Shown: positions 49,853-59,244 of the stretch, piece by piece
Layout of the letters: each line of letters begins with the position of its first letter
Position numbering within the stretch: position 1 is the stretch's first letter
From: a virus
Length of the DNA: 64,000 nucleotides
Virus record (IMG/VR): IMGVR_UViG_3300035698_012970
Coordinates: 1 to 64,000 of that record
Reading direction: 5' to 3' (one strand)
Program-made: the position numbers and the translations under genes
Notes under the pieces: model-generated
Seen by the model: only the letters and a program-made list of their open reading frames with translations
What the model was told of the DNA's origin: nothing
The model's database searches: none

Positions 49853-50580
49853 ATTCCATTTCCAAATACTAACTTAAGAAATCCAGGAATCATTGAATCA
49901 ACAGTGCTAAGAAGCTCGATGGTTCCGATGGTATCATGCTTCATCATTTTAATAACTTCTTCTCTGATTCTTTCACCACTTACTGTGTTCCCAAGCTTCT
50001 CTAAAATCTCTTCCTGTCTCATAGCGGCCCAAATGTCATCATGAATCATGAAACCTTTGGTGATTGAGAATCTAAGAGCTCTCAAAATTCTTAAAGGATC
50101 ATCCATCATTGTTTGTTTTGCAGGTAGTGGTGTTCTTAAAACTCCTCTGCCATTCTTAAGATCTCCAATCCCGTTGAATAAATCAATGATAGTTCCATCT
50201 TCTGCTTTTGCTAAAGCGTTTAGTGTGAAGTCCCTTCTAATAAGATCATCTTCTAATGTACCTAATACTAAGATAGGATGTCTTGTATTCTCGATATAGC
50301 CAACTTCTTTTCTGGCCATTACAAAGTCTGCAACCAAACCTTCATTCTTATCTCCTTTTGGAAATTTTGCTCTGATCGTAAACATTTTAGGGGTTGATAA
50401 GAAGATTTCAAATCCTCTTTCTGTCATCCAGGTTTCCATGAAAGCAAATCCTTCTTCAACTGTTTTGTTTAAATCGTCCATCACAAAAGTGAAATCGATA
50501 TCTTTGGAACTAATTCCTAAGATTCCATCTCTAATACATCCGCCAACGCGATATAGTTTTGGCTCTTTGCTATCTGTCAT
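49822..50580 (-). CDS. cca: CCA-adding enzyme / class II tRNA nucleotidyltransferase (short form)
   Basis: VGGCIRD..LG...KDIDF, EDDLIRRDFTLNA, DDPLRILRALRF, SGERIREE. Confidence 0.9.
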   Translation of the reverse strand: MTDSKEPKLYRVGGCIRDGILGISSKDIDFTFVMDDLNKTVEEGFAFMETWMTERGFEIFLSTPKMFTIRAKFPKGDKNEGLVADFVMARKEVGYIENTRHPILVLGTLEDDLIRRDFTLNALAKAEDGTIIDLFNGIGDLKNGRGVLRTPLPAKQTMMDDPLRILRALRFSITKGFMIHDDIWAAMRQEEILEKLGNTVSGERIREEVIKMMKHDTIGTIELLSTVDSMIPGFLKLVFGNGMWLKPTFEKR

Positions 50581-50638
50581 TTTTGTTTATCTTTAATTAA
50601 ATACAAATATATTAAATCCATGCGTATTAAAAAAATGT

Positions 50639-51379
50639 TTATATAGTTTTTAATTTACAATTATCAAAATGCCATCTATTCATATTACCAACATCACCAA
50701 TTTTCCCACAATGTGGACAAGTTATTTTCTTTGTGTTTAACTTAATGTTTTCCCACCTTTCTATTGCGATCTTTCGTTTTATAGGATCTTTATGTTTTAT
50801 ACAGTTATCAAAATGCCTACCGTTCATAATATTTAAAGCACCAATTTTTCCACAATGTGGACATTCAACTCTTTCCATGTTCTTGAGTGCAACACTTAGG
50901 TTTTTTCTTGCGGTTTCAGATTCCCATTTCTTTTTCATCAGTTTCCCATGCTCTTCTTTTTTCCCTATATTCCCCCACGTTTCTATATTTGAGTTTGTAA
51001 CCTTTTTTCTATAGGAATCGTCCTCCCATAATTTTAAATTCCTTTTAGATGATTTAATAAAAGCTTCTGGTGTACTTAAAGCTTTGCTAATATATGCCCC
51101 GGCTTCACCAATAGCACCCCCGGGTAAAATATTATACCCTATATCTGGATTCATTGAATTATAAAACTCTATCCAATAAACCTCAGCTTCATTTAATTCA
51201 TCAGAGGAAGAGCACTCTTGTATAACTTCTTTTGTAAAGTTGCTTTTTGAGTGCTTATCGATAGCATGTTTAAGTTTTTTACCTGAGCCGATGTAGTTTT
51301 TCGTTGATTCAATAGATCTAGCACATTGACCTATGTAAATAAAGCCATTGGTTAGATCTGTAGTTTTATAGATATACAT
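50639..51379 (-). CDS. GIY-YIG homing endonuclease with two CPHC Zn-finger repeats
   Basis: YIYKTT....GFIYIGQ, YIGSG, GYNILPGG, CPHCGKIG..MN..HFDNC x2. Confidence 0.9.
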   Translation of the reverse strand: MYIYKTTDLTNGFIYIGQCARSIESTKNYIGSGKKLKHAIDKHSKSNFTKEVIQECSSSDELNEAEVYWIEFYNSMNPDIGYNILPGGAIGEAGAYISKALSTPEAFIKSSKRNLKLWEDDSYRKKVTNSNIETWGNIGKKEEHGKLMKKKWESETARKNLSVALKNMERVECPHCGKIGALNIMNGRHFDNCIKHKDPIKRKIAIERWENIKLNTKKITCPHCGKIGDVGNMNRWHFDNCKLKTI

Positions 51380-51436
51380 AAAATGTTTTATTTTATATAT
51401 CTATAAAGAGGCTGCGTTACCGACAGATCTAGAGGT

Positions 51437-51670
51437 TTATTTTCTACTTCTTAATTTATCACTTGATACTGCTGCTAGTGCGGATAAGAATATTAATGGA
51501 CTAACCATTCCATAAAAAATTATCATCCAAACCCACCATAGAATATTATGGTTTTCATAGTGTGATCTTCGAACCTTATAAAGAATAAGAAATCCTATTA
51601 GACCACAGCCGAACCAGATAAATCTGGAAAGCATTAAATTTGCATTTATTAAATCAAGTAATCCTTGCAT
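51437..51670 (-). CDS. Small membrane protein
   Basis: Two TM segments; promoter upstream. Confidence 0.65.
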   Translation of the reverse strand: MQGLLDLINANLMLSRFIWFGCGLIGFLILYKVRRSHYENHNILWWVWMIIFYGMVSPLIFLSALAAVSSDKLRSRK

Positions 51671-51775
51671 ACATTTTAATTTTTATAAAAGTAAGTATAT
51701 TTTACGTAACAAAAAAATTATATTAAATGAATTTCCAATGTTTTTTAATGATATCCACATTCAGTACATCTCATT

Positions 51776-52117
51776 TTAATATAGGTTTTCTGAAATTAAC
51801 ATTGATTTTACTTCTCCTTCGATACCTAACCATTTATTTAATTCTGGATCATCGTGATCTGATGCTTCCAAACCATAAAAGATTTGACCTCTTTCCTTAG
51901 CTATCTTCCAAGCTTCTTCTCGACCAATATATCTGTTAGTAGATGTTAGAAATCCTTGTTTATCTCTATTAGGTAGCTTATCAGTGTCTATCTTACCAAT
52001 TAAAGCTTCTAGTGTTTCGTAACAATCTCCATGTCTATGACCACAAACAATAGTACCATTATAATCTATTGCAGCGCATAAAATAAATTCTTTTTGCATA
52101 TTAGTATAATTTAACAC
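51776..52117 (-). CDS. Conserved phage hypothetical protein
   Basis: ILCAAI, CGHRHGDC, QGFLTS.NRY..REEA, SENLY. Confidence 0.75.
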   Translation of the reverse strand: MLNYTNMQKEFILCAAIDYNGTIVCGHRHGDCYETLEALIGKIDTDKLPNRDKQGFLTSTNRYIGREEAWKIAKERGQIFYGLEASDHDDPELNKWLGIEGEVKSMLISENLY

Positions 52118-52361
52118 CAGATATTTTAGCTAGTTTTACATCAATATCTCTATAGTGAAGTTCACACACTACTCCAGTTTCACACCAAGTTACCTCAACA
52201 ACCTCTAATTTTATTGGAAGTTTTTTATCCCTGAATATTTTAACAAAGTCATCAGCTATTTTTATATTGTCACTTATTCTAGGTACTCCATCACGAGAAC
52301 TTATATGAGGCCATCTAACTCCTTGGTAATGATCAATGTTTGTTCTAAATGTTATTGTCAT
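52101..52361 (-). CDS. Hypothetical protein
   Basis: Tiles array. Confidence 0.7.
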   Translation of the reverse strand: MTITFRTNIDHYQGVRWPHISSRDGVPRISDNIKIADDFVKIFRDKKLPIKLEVVEVTWCETGVVCELHYRDIDVKLAKISGVKLY

Positions 52362-52385
52362 ATTCTATTATTTTTTAAGAATTTT

Positions 52386-52691
52386 TTAATAGCTTCTCTC
52401 GTGTAAGTCATCAACATTTTGGGTAACGATTTGAACATCGAAATGTTCTTCAAGCTCTGCTAATCCAATATGAGCTTTATTCGGTTCACAACCAGCAAGT
52501 TGCATTCTCCTTTCATTATAGAATTTCAAAACCAATTCTGGATCTTCGTTCCATCCTTGTGGTGTAGCTACTTTATTAACATCGTACTTTTCCCAAAGTC
52601 CTCCACTATCTCTGAATGTTTGTATTCCAGATTCAGCACTTATTCCAGCACCGCTGAATACAACTATTTTCTTTTTATCTTGGTATATCAT
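52386..52691 (-). pseudogene. Truncated Sir2/CobB NAD-dependent deacylase (N-terminal part only)
   Basis: FSGAGISAESGIQTFR, PNKAH, TQNVDDLHER then stop; catalytic HG and the C-terminal half are absent. Confidence 0.8.
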
Positions 52692-52710
52692 AAGGTCTAC
52701 CTATATTTTT

Positions 52711-53040
52711 TTAAGAGTTTTCATTCTTCTTTTTAATTTGCCATGTATGTCCACCATATCCACTGAATGTTAGCCAGCCTTCTTCTCCAATACCACTTCC
52801 AATGCCACCAACGCTAACATCAAATCCGCAGTCAAAATCTTCACCAAGCACACTAAAGAATGCTGAGTCTTCGCCATTTGGTCTTAGTTCAATACCTTTG
52901 ATTTTTGTGGACATTCCACCTTTACCAAACATTGCTCTGTCCATAGAATCACCAGAATCATGTAATGTTCCACCAATCCATTCTTCTTGTCTTTCTATAA
53001 ATTGTTCCCACATAGGGTACGTTTTTCCGTTAACTTCCAT
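52711..53040 (-). CDS. Hypothetical protein
   Basis: Tiles array. Confidence 0.7.
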   Translation of the reverse strand: MEVNGKTYPMWEQFIERQEEWIGGTLHDSGDSMDRAMFGKGGMSTKIKGIELRPNGEDSAFFSVLGEDFDCGFDVSVGGIGSGIGEEGWLTFSGYGGHTWQIKKKNENS

Positions 53041-53046
53041 ATTTTT

Positions 53047-53274
53047 TTATTTACATGGTTCTTCTGAATGATCAAATCCTACTCCTTGATTAGCTGGTAA
53101 TTTCATCCACGCAACTACATCAAGGATCTCACAAGCATAATCTCTCATAAACTTGCCCTTATAATAAAAACCAACAAATTCACCATATTTTCTGGTGCTT
53201 ATCCATAATTGTTGGAAATGTGGCCACTCTTTTAATTCTTCTGGTTTTTCAAACCTTGCATCTATAAATTCCAT
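53047..53274 (-). CDS. Hypothetical protein (DUF551-like C-terminus)
   Basis: VVAWMKLP. Confidence 0.65.
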   Translation of the reverse strand: MEFIDARFEKPEELKEWPHFQQLWISTRKYGEFVGFYYKGKFMRDYACEILDVVAWMKLPANQGVGFDHSEEPCK

Positions 53275-53276
53275 TG

Positions 53277-53519
53277 TTAATCTTTTAATTTATGAATTAC
53301 TGTTTTAATTGGTTTTTGTATATCAACCTTATGGTTATCGATTCTTCTCATCGCGTCATCAAAACTACCAAATTTCTTCCTTATCCAATTACCATGCAAC
53401 CAATGACCGAAATAGTCCCAACCTTCGTCGTCTGACGTGTTGGCTTCAAATGTATGTTGGGCAAAAAACTCTGATGGACCATTAAACACATCTTCTACAA
53501 TTCTATATTTATATGTCAT
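53277..53519 (-). CDS. Hypothetical protein
   Basis: Tiles array. Confidence 0.65.
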   Translation of the reverse strand: MTYKYRIVEDVFNGPSEFFAQHTFEANTSDDEGWDYFGHWLHGNWIRKKFGSFDDAMRRIDNHKVDIQKPIKTVIHKLKD

Positions 53520-53665
53520 TTTCTAAAAATTTATTAACCGCTTCCATTACTTGAAGCGGATCTATCATATGTCTATAATGTGGTGTTACACAACCCCAAG
53601 CATCACATGGGTCCTCTATTAATCTTGTTGGTAACTCTTCAAGAATTCCTGCAAGATCTTTTAGT

Positions 53666-53974
53666 TTAATCGTCGTTTTCTTCCCCATTGTTTATTTGTC
53701 TATGAATCTCATTACCATTTTCATCCACTGTCTTAATGCCATATGTTATTGGTCCAGGTGTTGAATCAAGGACAATTTTAGGCATTGGAATACCTTTTTT
53801 ATCAAACTCTTCCTTAACTCCTTTCCACATCTCTTTGAACATATTACCCCATTCTTCAACATCCTTCGGGTTATTTGGATCAAATCCTTTCAGATCTTGA
53901 CCAATAGTTCTTGCTGCTATATTCTTTACAATAGGAAATTGAAACCCATTAAACACATTACTTTCTTCCGGCAT
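53666..53974 (-). CDS. Hypothetical protein with N-terminal major-capsid-like segment
   Basis: FQFPIVKNIAARTIGQDLKGFDPNNP. Confidence 0.65.
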   Translation of the reverse strand: MPEESNVFNGFQFPIVKNIAARTIGQDLKGFDPNNPKDVEEWGNMFKEMWKGVKEEFDKKGIPMPKIVLDSTPGPITYGIKTVDENGNEIHRQINNGEENDD

Positions 53975-53978
53975 ATCT

Positions 53979-54248
53979 TTAATGTATTGGTGCTGATTTA
54001 CTTTCTGCTCCTGGATCTTCTACTATTACCTCTGATTTTTCGACTGCACTATCACCGATATTAACTCTTCCTTCATCAAGCCAAGCTCCTGTTCCAATAG
54101 CACCTTCTTTATTTACTTTCGGTGTAATCCATAATTGAGCACAACCATAAAGATCAAAGCTCACTGAAGTAACTACTCCTACGAAACCAGTAATTTTATC
54201 AGTTGCATTTTTTCCTAGTTTATCTAAAACTCTTTTTTCTTTTTCCAT
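53979..54248 (-). CDS. Conserved phage hypothetical protein
   Basis: LGK.ATDKITGFVGVVTSVSFDLYGC. Confidence 0.75.
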   Translation of the reverse strand: MEKEKRVLDKLGKNATDKITGFVGVVTSVSFDLYGCAQLWITPKVNKEGAIGTGAWLDEGRVNIGDSAVEKSEVIVEDPGAESKSAPIH

Positions 54249-54426
54249 TATTTTTTTATTTTTATTTTTGGTTTATCCATCGGGACCTCAACTAACTTAA
54301 ACTTTCGGTTAGTACTATACTTTTGAGGTCTAACATAAGGTCCTTGGACCCAATCATCTTCGGTGTTACCATTACATACAAAATAGATAAATTCTGGTAA
54401 ACCTTTAGCATATCTTCCACCACTCA

Positions 54427-54837
54427 TTACTCTTTTCCGTTTATAGTTTCTATTGTATACATTTCAAATAATAATCTTTCTGGTACATCATCATGTCCTG
54501 GAGTTTCTGCATAAGTTCTGGCTTCATCTTCAGAATAAAAAATACGTTTTATAACTGTATCATAAGTTTTATTTCCAGCGTCACCTTTATAAACTGAACC
54601 TCTTGTTCCCTGATGAACCATAATATAATAAAGTGTTGGCTGTTCAAAACCAAGTTCCTCAAGACATTTGAAAGTGTAATCTAGCAATAAAGGATTTTTG
54701 TCTATACTTCTAATCTCTTTAAGAACCTCATTGGCTTTATCGCAACCATCTTCGTAGTGGTATTCCCAGAATTGTTCTTTATAAATCTTTTCTCCGAGAT
54801 CTACTATTGCACATTTTACTGGTTCTTTATTTTTCAT
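54427..54837 (-). CDS. Hypothetical protein
   Basis: Tiles array. Confidence 0.7.
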   Translation of the reverse strand: MKNKEPVKCAIVDLGEKIYKEQFWEYHYEDGCDKANEVLKEIRSIDKNPLLLDYTFKCLEELGFEQPTLYYIMVHQGTRGSVYKGDAGNKTYDTVIKRIFYSEDEARTYAETPGHDDVPERLLFEMYTIETINGKE

Positions 54838-55012
54838 CTTCTTCAGTATATAAAATGTAAATTATTCTTCCTCTACTAGTCAATGTAGCTCCAGTAGATA
54901 TTATTTGTGAATCTGCTCTTTCAATTTTCCAACCTGCATCAAGTAATTCTTTGAGTTCCTCTGCATCACTAGTATCGTAATAGGGAAAAATGTGGTATAC
55001 TCTATTTTTCAT
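54827..55012 (-). CDS. Small hypothetical protein, tandem paralog of 55014..55196
   Basis: LKELLDAGWKIERADSQ...GRIIYIL. Confidence 0.7.
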   Translation of the reverse strand: MKNRVYHIFPYYDTSDAEELKELLDAGWKIERADSQIISTGATLTSRGRIIYILYTEEDEK

Positions 55013-55013
55013 A

Positions 55014-55196
55014 TTATTCCTTAAATTTCATTAAAACGTAAAACACTCCACCTTCGACTTCCTGATTGTAATTATTTGCAGTAGCAACCATTTGACAATC
55101 GGATCTTTGGATTTCCCAACCAGCATTCAGAAGCCCCTCTAATTTACGCCCGTCTGAATCATCTTTCGCTAAAATAACCTTGTAATCATGTTGCAT
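55014..55196 (-). CDS. Small hypothetical protein, tandem paralog
   Basis: LEGLLNAGWEIQRSDCQ...GGVFYVL. Confidence 0.7.
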   Translation of the reverse strand: MQHDYKVILAKDDSDGRKLEGLLNAGWEIQRSDCQMVATANNYNQEVEGGVFYVLMKFKE

Positions 55197-55222
55197 TATA
55201 AACCTTTTATTAAATTAATATA

Positions 55223-55945
55223 TTAGTCATCATAGAACCTATTTTCATGATTCGGAATGGTGTAACTTCTTCTTATTAGATTCACGACATCCTTTGCATC
55301 ATCTAAAGCATCATGGGTTACAATACCTTCAATACTAGCTCTTCTTTTGCATTCTGCAAGGCCAGGAGGTGCTATATCGTTGTCCCAATCAACAAACAAT
55401 ATTGCAGGATCAATGATCCTTCTGCGTATCGCTATGACCTGCTTCCACCTTGGTAACTTCTCTAGAAATAACTGATCAAAAGAAGCAAAGTTTTTACCAG
55501 CAACAGTAATATATGTCTTTGGCATATTAGACGTAAGTGATGGATATTTTTCAGTTGATGGTGGATGTGTTACCCTGTTTTGGAAAGTATATTTCTTTCC
55601 ATCCTCAGCTCTTATACCATTGTCATATAAGAATTGGAAAAATGCTTCAGTAACTTTATCTTCTCTAAGAAACTGATAACCCGTGGTGTCTTCCAGTGCT
55701 TCTTTTAGTGCTTTACTTTCTGTTGTTTGCCATTGAACCATACTTTCTATGATATCTTTATTCATATTAATGGCAAAAGCACTACCTTTGAATCCTTCTC
55801 TCACTATAAGGGCATGAAAACTTGGTAATTCATTTATTGGTATTTCAGGGTGTAGTGTATCCTCAATTACCGCACCAATGGTAAGGACCTCGTGACTATT
55901 GTGATCCAAACCAGTGCATTCTATATCCACCGACACATATATCAT
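55223..55945 (-). CDS. DEDDh 3'-5' exonuclease
   Basis: SVDIECTGLD, AGKNFASFD, HDALDDA. Confidence 0.85.
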   Translation of the reverse strand: MIYVSVDIECTGLDHNSHEVLTIGAVIEDTLHPEIPINELPSFHALIVREGFKGSAFAINMNKDIIESMVQWQTTESKALKEALEDTTGYQFLREDKVTEAFFQFLYDNGIRAEDGKKYTFQNRVTHPPSTEKYPSLTSNMPKTYITVAGKNFASFDQLFLEKLPRWKQVIAIRRRIIDPAILFVDWDNDIAPPGLAECKRRASIEGIVTHDALDDAKDVVNLIRRSYTIPNHENRFYDD

Positions 55946-55961
55946 CTTATTAACTTTTAGT

Positions 55962-56552
55962 TTATATTTTTCTTTCTGCCCACCATTTTTTAATAGCTTC
56001 GCTTTTTCTTTTTTTAACTTCTTCAGAATCAGGTTTTCTTATTTCCCAGGCTTTTCTTAATTTTTCTTTAGTTTCCTCAGTTGATTTAGAACCTCTCATA
56101 AAAGTATTACCTTTTTTACTTTCCCCTATTTTTTTACATCCATCAGGAGATACTTTTGTACCCTTTTTATTCGTATTTCCCATTTGAGCTTTTGACATCC
56201 TTTCCCTGGTTTTTTCACTAAACTCGTAACCATTATCAACTAAATCTCTAGAGTTTTTTAGATCACATGTTTTCCGATATTCAGCTATTAACTCCATTTC
56301 CCGATCTTTTATTATTTCCTTATTCTCATATTCATATAAGGTCTCTATAATTTCCATTATTGGTTTAAGCTCTTTGTCTAACAAACTACAAATCCATGCT
56401 GCTTTTTGGTTCTTATGCCCATGTTTTCTTCCTGAATATATGTGTTGCTGGTATCTTTTTTTGGGTTGTACGGATCTACCAACATATTTTACATCTAAAC
56501 TAATAGGATCCTTAAGTACGTAAAAATGAATAGGTTTTTTCATAAAAGACAT
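55962..56552 (-). CDS. GIY-YIG-like endonuclease with NUMOD3 repeats
   Basis: FYVLKDP....VKYVGRS..PKKRY..H; SEKTRERMSKAQMGN repeats. Confidence 0.8.
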   Translation of the reverse strand: MSFMKKPIHFYVLKDPISLDVKYVGRSVQPKKRYQQHIYSGRKHGHKNQKAAWICSLLDKELKPIMEIIETLYEYENKEIIKDREMELIAEYRKTCDLKNSRDLVDNGYEFSEKTRERMSKAQMGNTNKKGTKVSPDGCKKIGESKKGNTFMRGSKSTEETKEKLRKAWEIRKPDSEEVKKRKSEAIKKWWAERKI

Positions 56553-56606
56553 ATTTTAATCTATATATCTTTAATTTATTCATTTTTTCGATGGAAACGT
56601 ACTTCA

Positions 56607-57080
56607 TTACAGCATCTCGTTATCAGAGAATTTAATCTGGGTAGTACCCATTCCTGATAGATTGTACATGGCACTATATTCACCTGATGATCCTGATGCT
56701 CCCTTTACTCCTGCAGATCCTGATGTACCATATGCTTGGTTACTCATATATGAGTTTTGGAAAGAAGATTTCCAGTGCCATTCATCATTTACTAATTGGT
56801 TGAATTCATTATGATCTAATTCAATAACTTCTTCAATCGCCATTTCAAGCATTTTAATCTTTAGGTCGTATTCTTTTAAATATGACTGTGGTTTATTAGC
56901 TTCGTAAAAATTTAGATCAAATTCTTTTCCATTAACTACATCATCCAATTTTTTTGCTAATAAATCAGCAGCTTTTATACGATAAGCTTTAATTGATTCT
57001 GAATACTCTTCAGCATGTTTAGCTCTGTTAGTTTTTAGGATTGCTAATAATTCCTCTTTTTTTACTTTAATCGTGTCCAT
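56607..57080 (-). CDS. Conserved hypothetical protein with short GxxG-rich tail
   Basis: VKKEELL..LK.NR.KH..EY; GTSGSAGVKGASGSSG. Confidence 0.75.
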   Translation of the reverse strand: MDTIKVKKEELLAILKTNRAKHAEEYSESIKAYRIKAADLLAKKLDDVVNGKEFDLNFYEANKPQSYLKEYDLKIKMLEMAIEEVIELDHNEFNQLVNDEWHWKSSFQNSYMSNQAYGTSGSAGVKGASGSSGEYSAMYNLSGMGTTQIKFSDNEML

Positions 57081-57090
57081 TTTATTATTT

Positions 57091-57330
57091 TTAATTTTTC
57101 TTTGGTTTAACGTGGGCGTGGATCATTCTTGGTGGTTGAGGTTCACAATTTTTACAATAATATACAATTTCAAAATGATCGTCATCTTTACCATTACAAC
57201 AAGTACATTTGATATCATATCGATAATATTTTCTACCTATATGTACTCTTGGTGTTTTACATATGTCGCAATGACCTACTTCTATTTCTCCACTCATTAT
57301 TTTACTACTTTCATTTGATCTGGATCCCAA
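57091..57330 (-). CDS. Small Cys-rich Zn-binding protein
   Basis: CDIC, CTCC, CKNC. Confidence 0.65.
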   Translation of the reverse strand: MGSRSNESSKIMSGEIEVGHCDICKTPRVHIGRKYYRYDIKCTCCNGKDDDHFEIVYYCKNCEPQPPRMIHAHVKPKKN

Positions 57331-57734
57331 CCTTCTGGTCTACAGAACATATTAGGTTTTCTATCCAATTTTTCTATGAAATCAACTTCCATTGGATATG
57401 TTTGTGCAAATTTACTCATACGGAACGCATCACCATAAGAATGTCTGTGTATCTGTCCAGCTTGACAAATATACGCTTTTGTTACCATATGTCTTGCGGT
57501 TTCTTCGTCAAGTGCTTCAACTATTACTTCACCTTTGCCTGAGAATTCAAGCTCAACTCTAAATAGGAATGTTTCAGGTTCTTTTGGTGGTTTAGGAGGT
57601 TCTGGGATTAATGCTAAAGCATCTTTCAACTCTTTATAGGTTTCTTTACTTCTAGCTTTACCAGTATCTACCTTATCAATAAACTTCTCAGCAGCTAATT
57701 TGAGTGCTACATAAGCTTCGTTATTATTACCCAT
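57297..57734 (-). CDS. Hypothetical protein
   Basis: KFIDKVDTGKARSKETY. Confidence 0.7.
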   Translation of the reverse strand: MGNNNEAYVALKLAAEKFIDKVDTGKARSKETYKELKDALALIPEPPKPPKEPETFLFRVELEFSGKGEVIVEALDEETARHMVTKAYICQAGQIHRHSYGDAFRMSKFAQTYPMEVDFIEKLDRKPNMFCRPEGWDPDQMKVVK

Positions 57735-57743
57735 TTTATTCTT

Positions 57744-58082
57744 TTAGTTTATGAATTCAGGATCTAAAATTAAGACCCCTATACATTCTTCTAAATTCTC
57801 TTCTATTGATTCTATTTCAATTTGACTATCATCAAAGTGTATATCAAATCCTGTTAAAAATTGCCATTTAGCAGCACCATTTGTTATTTGTATTCTTTCT
57901 CTTGGTATATTTAAGTCCTTTGCTACCCTATATAAATCTGCATTCCATTGTGGCCTACCTAATTCATCATCTACCCTACTAGTGGTTATCCAAATTTCAT
58001 GCCCTTCTTGAATTAGCTTTTTAGCAAGCCTTTGTGTTCGTTCTTCTGCTAATGTGCTATCGAAATCAAAACTTATTTTCAT
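57744..58082 (-). CDS. Small HAD-like phosphatase
   Basis: ISFDFDSTL, ITTSR, K, HFDD. Confidence 0.8.
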   Translation of the reverse strand: MKISFDFDSTLAEERTQRLAKKLIQEGHEIWITTSRVDDELGRPQWNADLYRVAKDLNIPRERIQITNGAAKWQFLTGFDIHFDDSQIEIESIEENLEECIGVLILDPEFIN

Positions 58083-58118
58083 TTTAATTTATAGTAATGG
58101 TAACGAAATGGGTTTCGC

Positions 58119-58454
58119 TTATTTATTAGGATATCCATCCTCTAATTTCTTCAGATCTCCAGCAAGTCTTTTTACCAGACTTTCATCCCCGTCATCACCT
58201 GAAAGGAACTAATCTATCCTTTGTGCAAATATAGCTGCTCGTTTAAGTTGATGTACAGCTTCTTGCATAACAATATTTATCTCTTTAGAATACTTAATAT
58301 GAAACTTCTCTTCAGGATATTTTTCGTAATACTCGTCACTAGACCATAATTCATCCTTATCTTTCTCCCTACCTTGTTTGGTAATTACTCTTTCTATTTG
58401 GTCCGCAATCTCATCTATCTTATATTGACCATAATCAAAATATCCTCCGCTCAT
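58119..58454 (-). pseudogene. Conserved hypothetical protein interrupted by an in-frame TAG
   Basis: ...AQRID*FLSGDDGDESLVKRLAGDLKKLEDGYPNK; stop at 58209-58211; the frame stays open to TAA at 58119. Confidence 0.65.
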
Positions 58455-58459
58455 AATAT

Positions 58460-58732
58460 TTAAGTTTTATAATTATAATAACGTTTCTTATAATCTTCAA
58501 AAGCATTATATACAGTATCACCAATTCCATAATAATTTGGAAATACATTTTTATCTATCCATTTTTCCAAATCATAATGGGGTTCTTCAAGCTCCTGAAG
58601 ATCTTGGATAACACTATTCTCAGCAATTGTATTAGCTATAACTATTTTACCACCATATCTCATGCTAATAATAGTTAATGGATAAATATCCTCAATCTTT
58701 TCAACCTTAATCTTTTTATTCATCAATTTCAC
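58460..58732 (-). CDS. Hypothetical protein
   Basis: IYPLTIISMRYGG. Confidence 0.7.
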   Translation of the reverse strand: MKLMNKKIKVEKIEDIYPLTIISMRYGGKIVIANTIAENSVIQDLQELEEPHYDLEKWIDKNVFPNYYGIGDTVYNAFEDYKKRYYNYKT

Positions 58733-59117
58733 TTTGTAATAAGTCTATAAAATCACTACCCGACCATTCTTCGCCTTCTGTATTACCATATAATAAAGAA
58801 TCCAATTCTTCTTTAAATCTAGTAGCATCAAATGTCACATACCCACAATCACCTATCCCAGGATCTGCCTGTACGTCATATTCTCTATCATCGACCTTTA
58901 AAATACAGCTACCAGTACATGATGAACACTCGTCTTTTTTATAACCTGATGTCTGAAGATATCCATCATTACTCAACCATTTATGCTTATAATATAAGCG
59001 ATGTAAATTATCTATTTTACATAGTAGTTTTTTAGCTGATTTAGCATATTGTAAAGAAGGCATTTTAGGATTGGGTATTTCACTAATATCCATATCAAAT
59101 AGGTCATCTACTTCCAT
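58716..59117 (-). CDS. Hypothetical protein
   Basis: Tiles array. Confidence 0.7.
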   Translation of the reverse strand: MEVDDLFDMDISEIPNPKMPSLQYAKSAKKLLCKIDNLHRLYYKHKWLSNDGYLQTSGYKKDECSSCTGSCILKVDDREYDVQADPGIGDCGYVTFDATRFKEELDSLLYGNTEGEEWSGSDFIDLLQSEIDE

Positions 59118-59177
59118 AGTTTATAGATTTATATTAAACTATAGATAGGAAGTTTCGCTATTGTATAAGGAAAGTTG

Positions 59178-59241
59178 TTTCGCTACTATAGTAGCGAAAA
59201 TTGATAGTTTATAGTGATTTTAGCTACTCTGGTAGCGAAAA
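59178..59241. repeat. Perfect 22-bp palindrome plus an imperfect second copy downstream of the tRNA operon
   Basis: TTTCGCTACTATAGTAGCGAAA (59178-59199) and TTTTAGCTACTCTGGTAGCGAAAA (59218-59241). Confidence 0.8.
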
Positions 59242-59244
59242 TTG

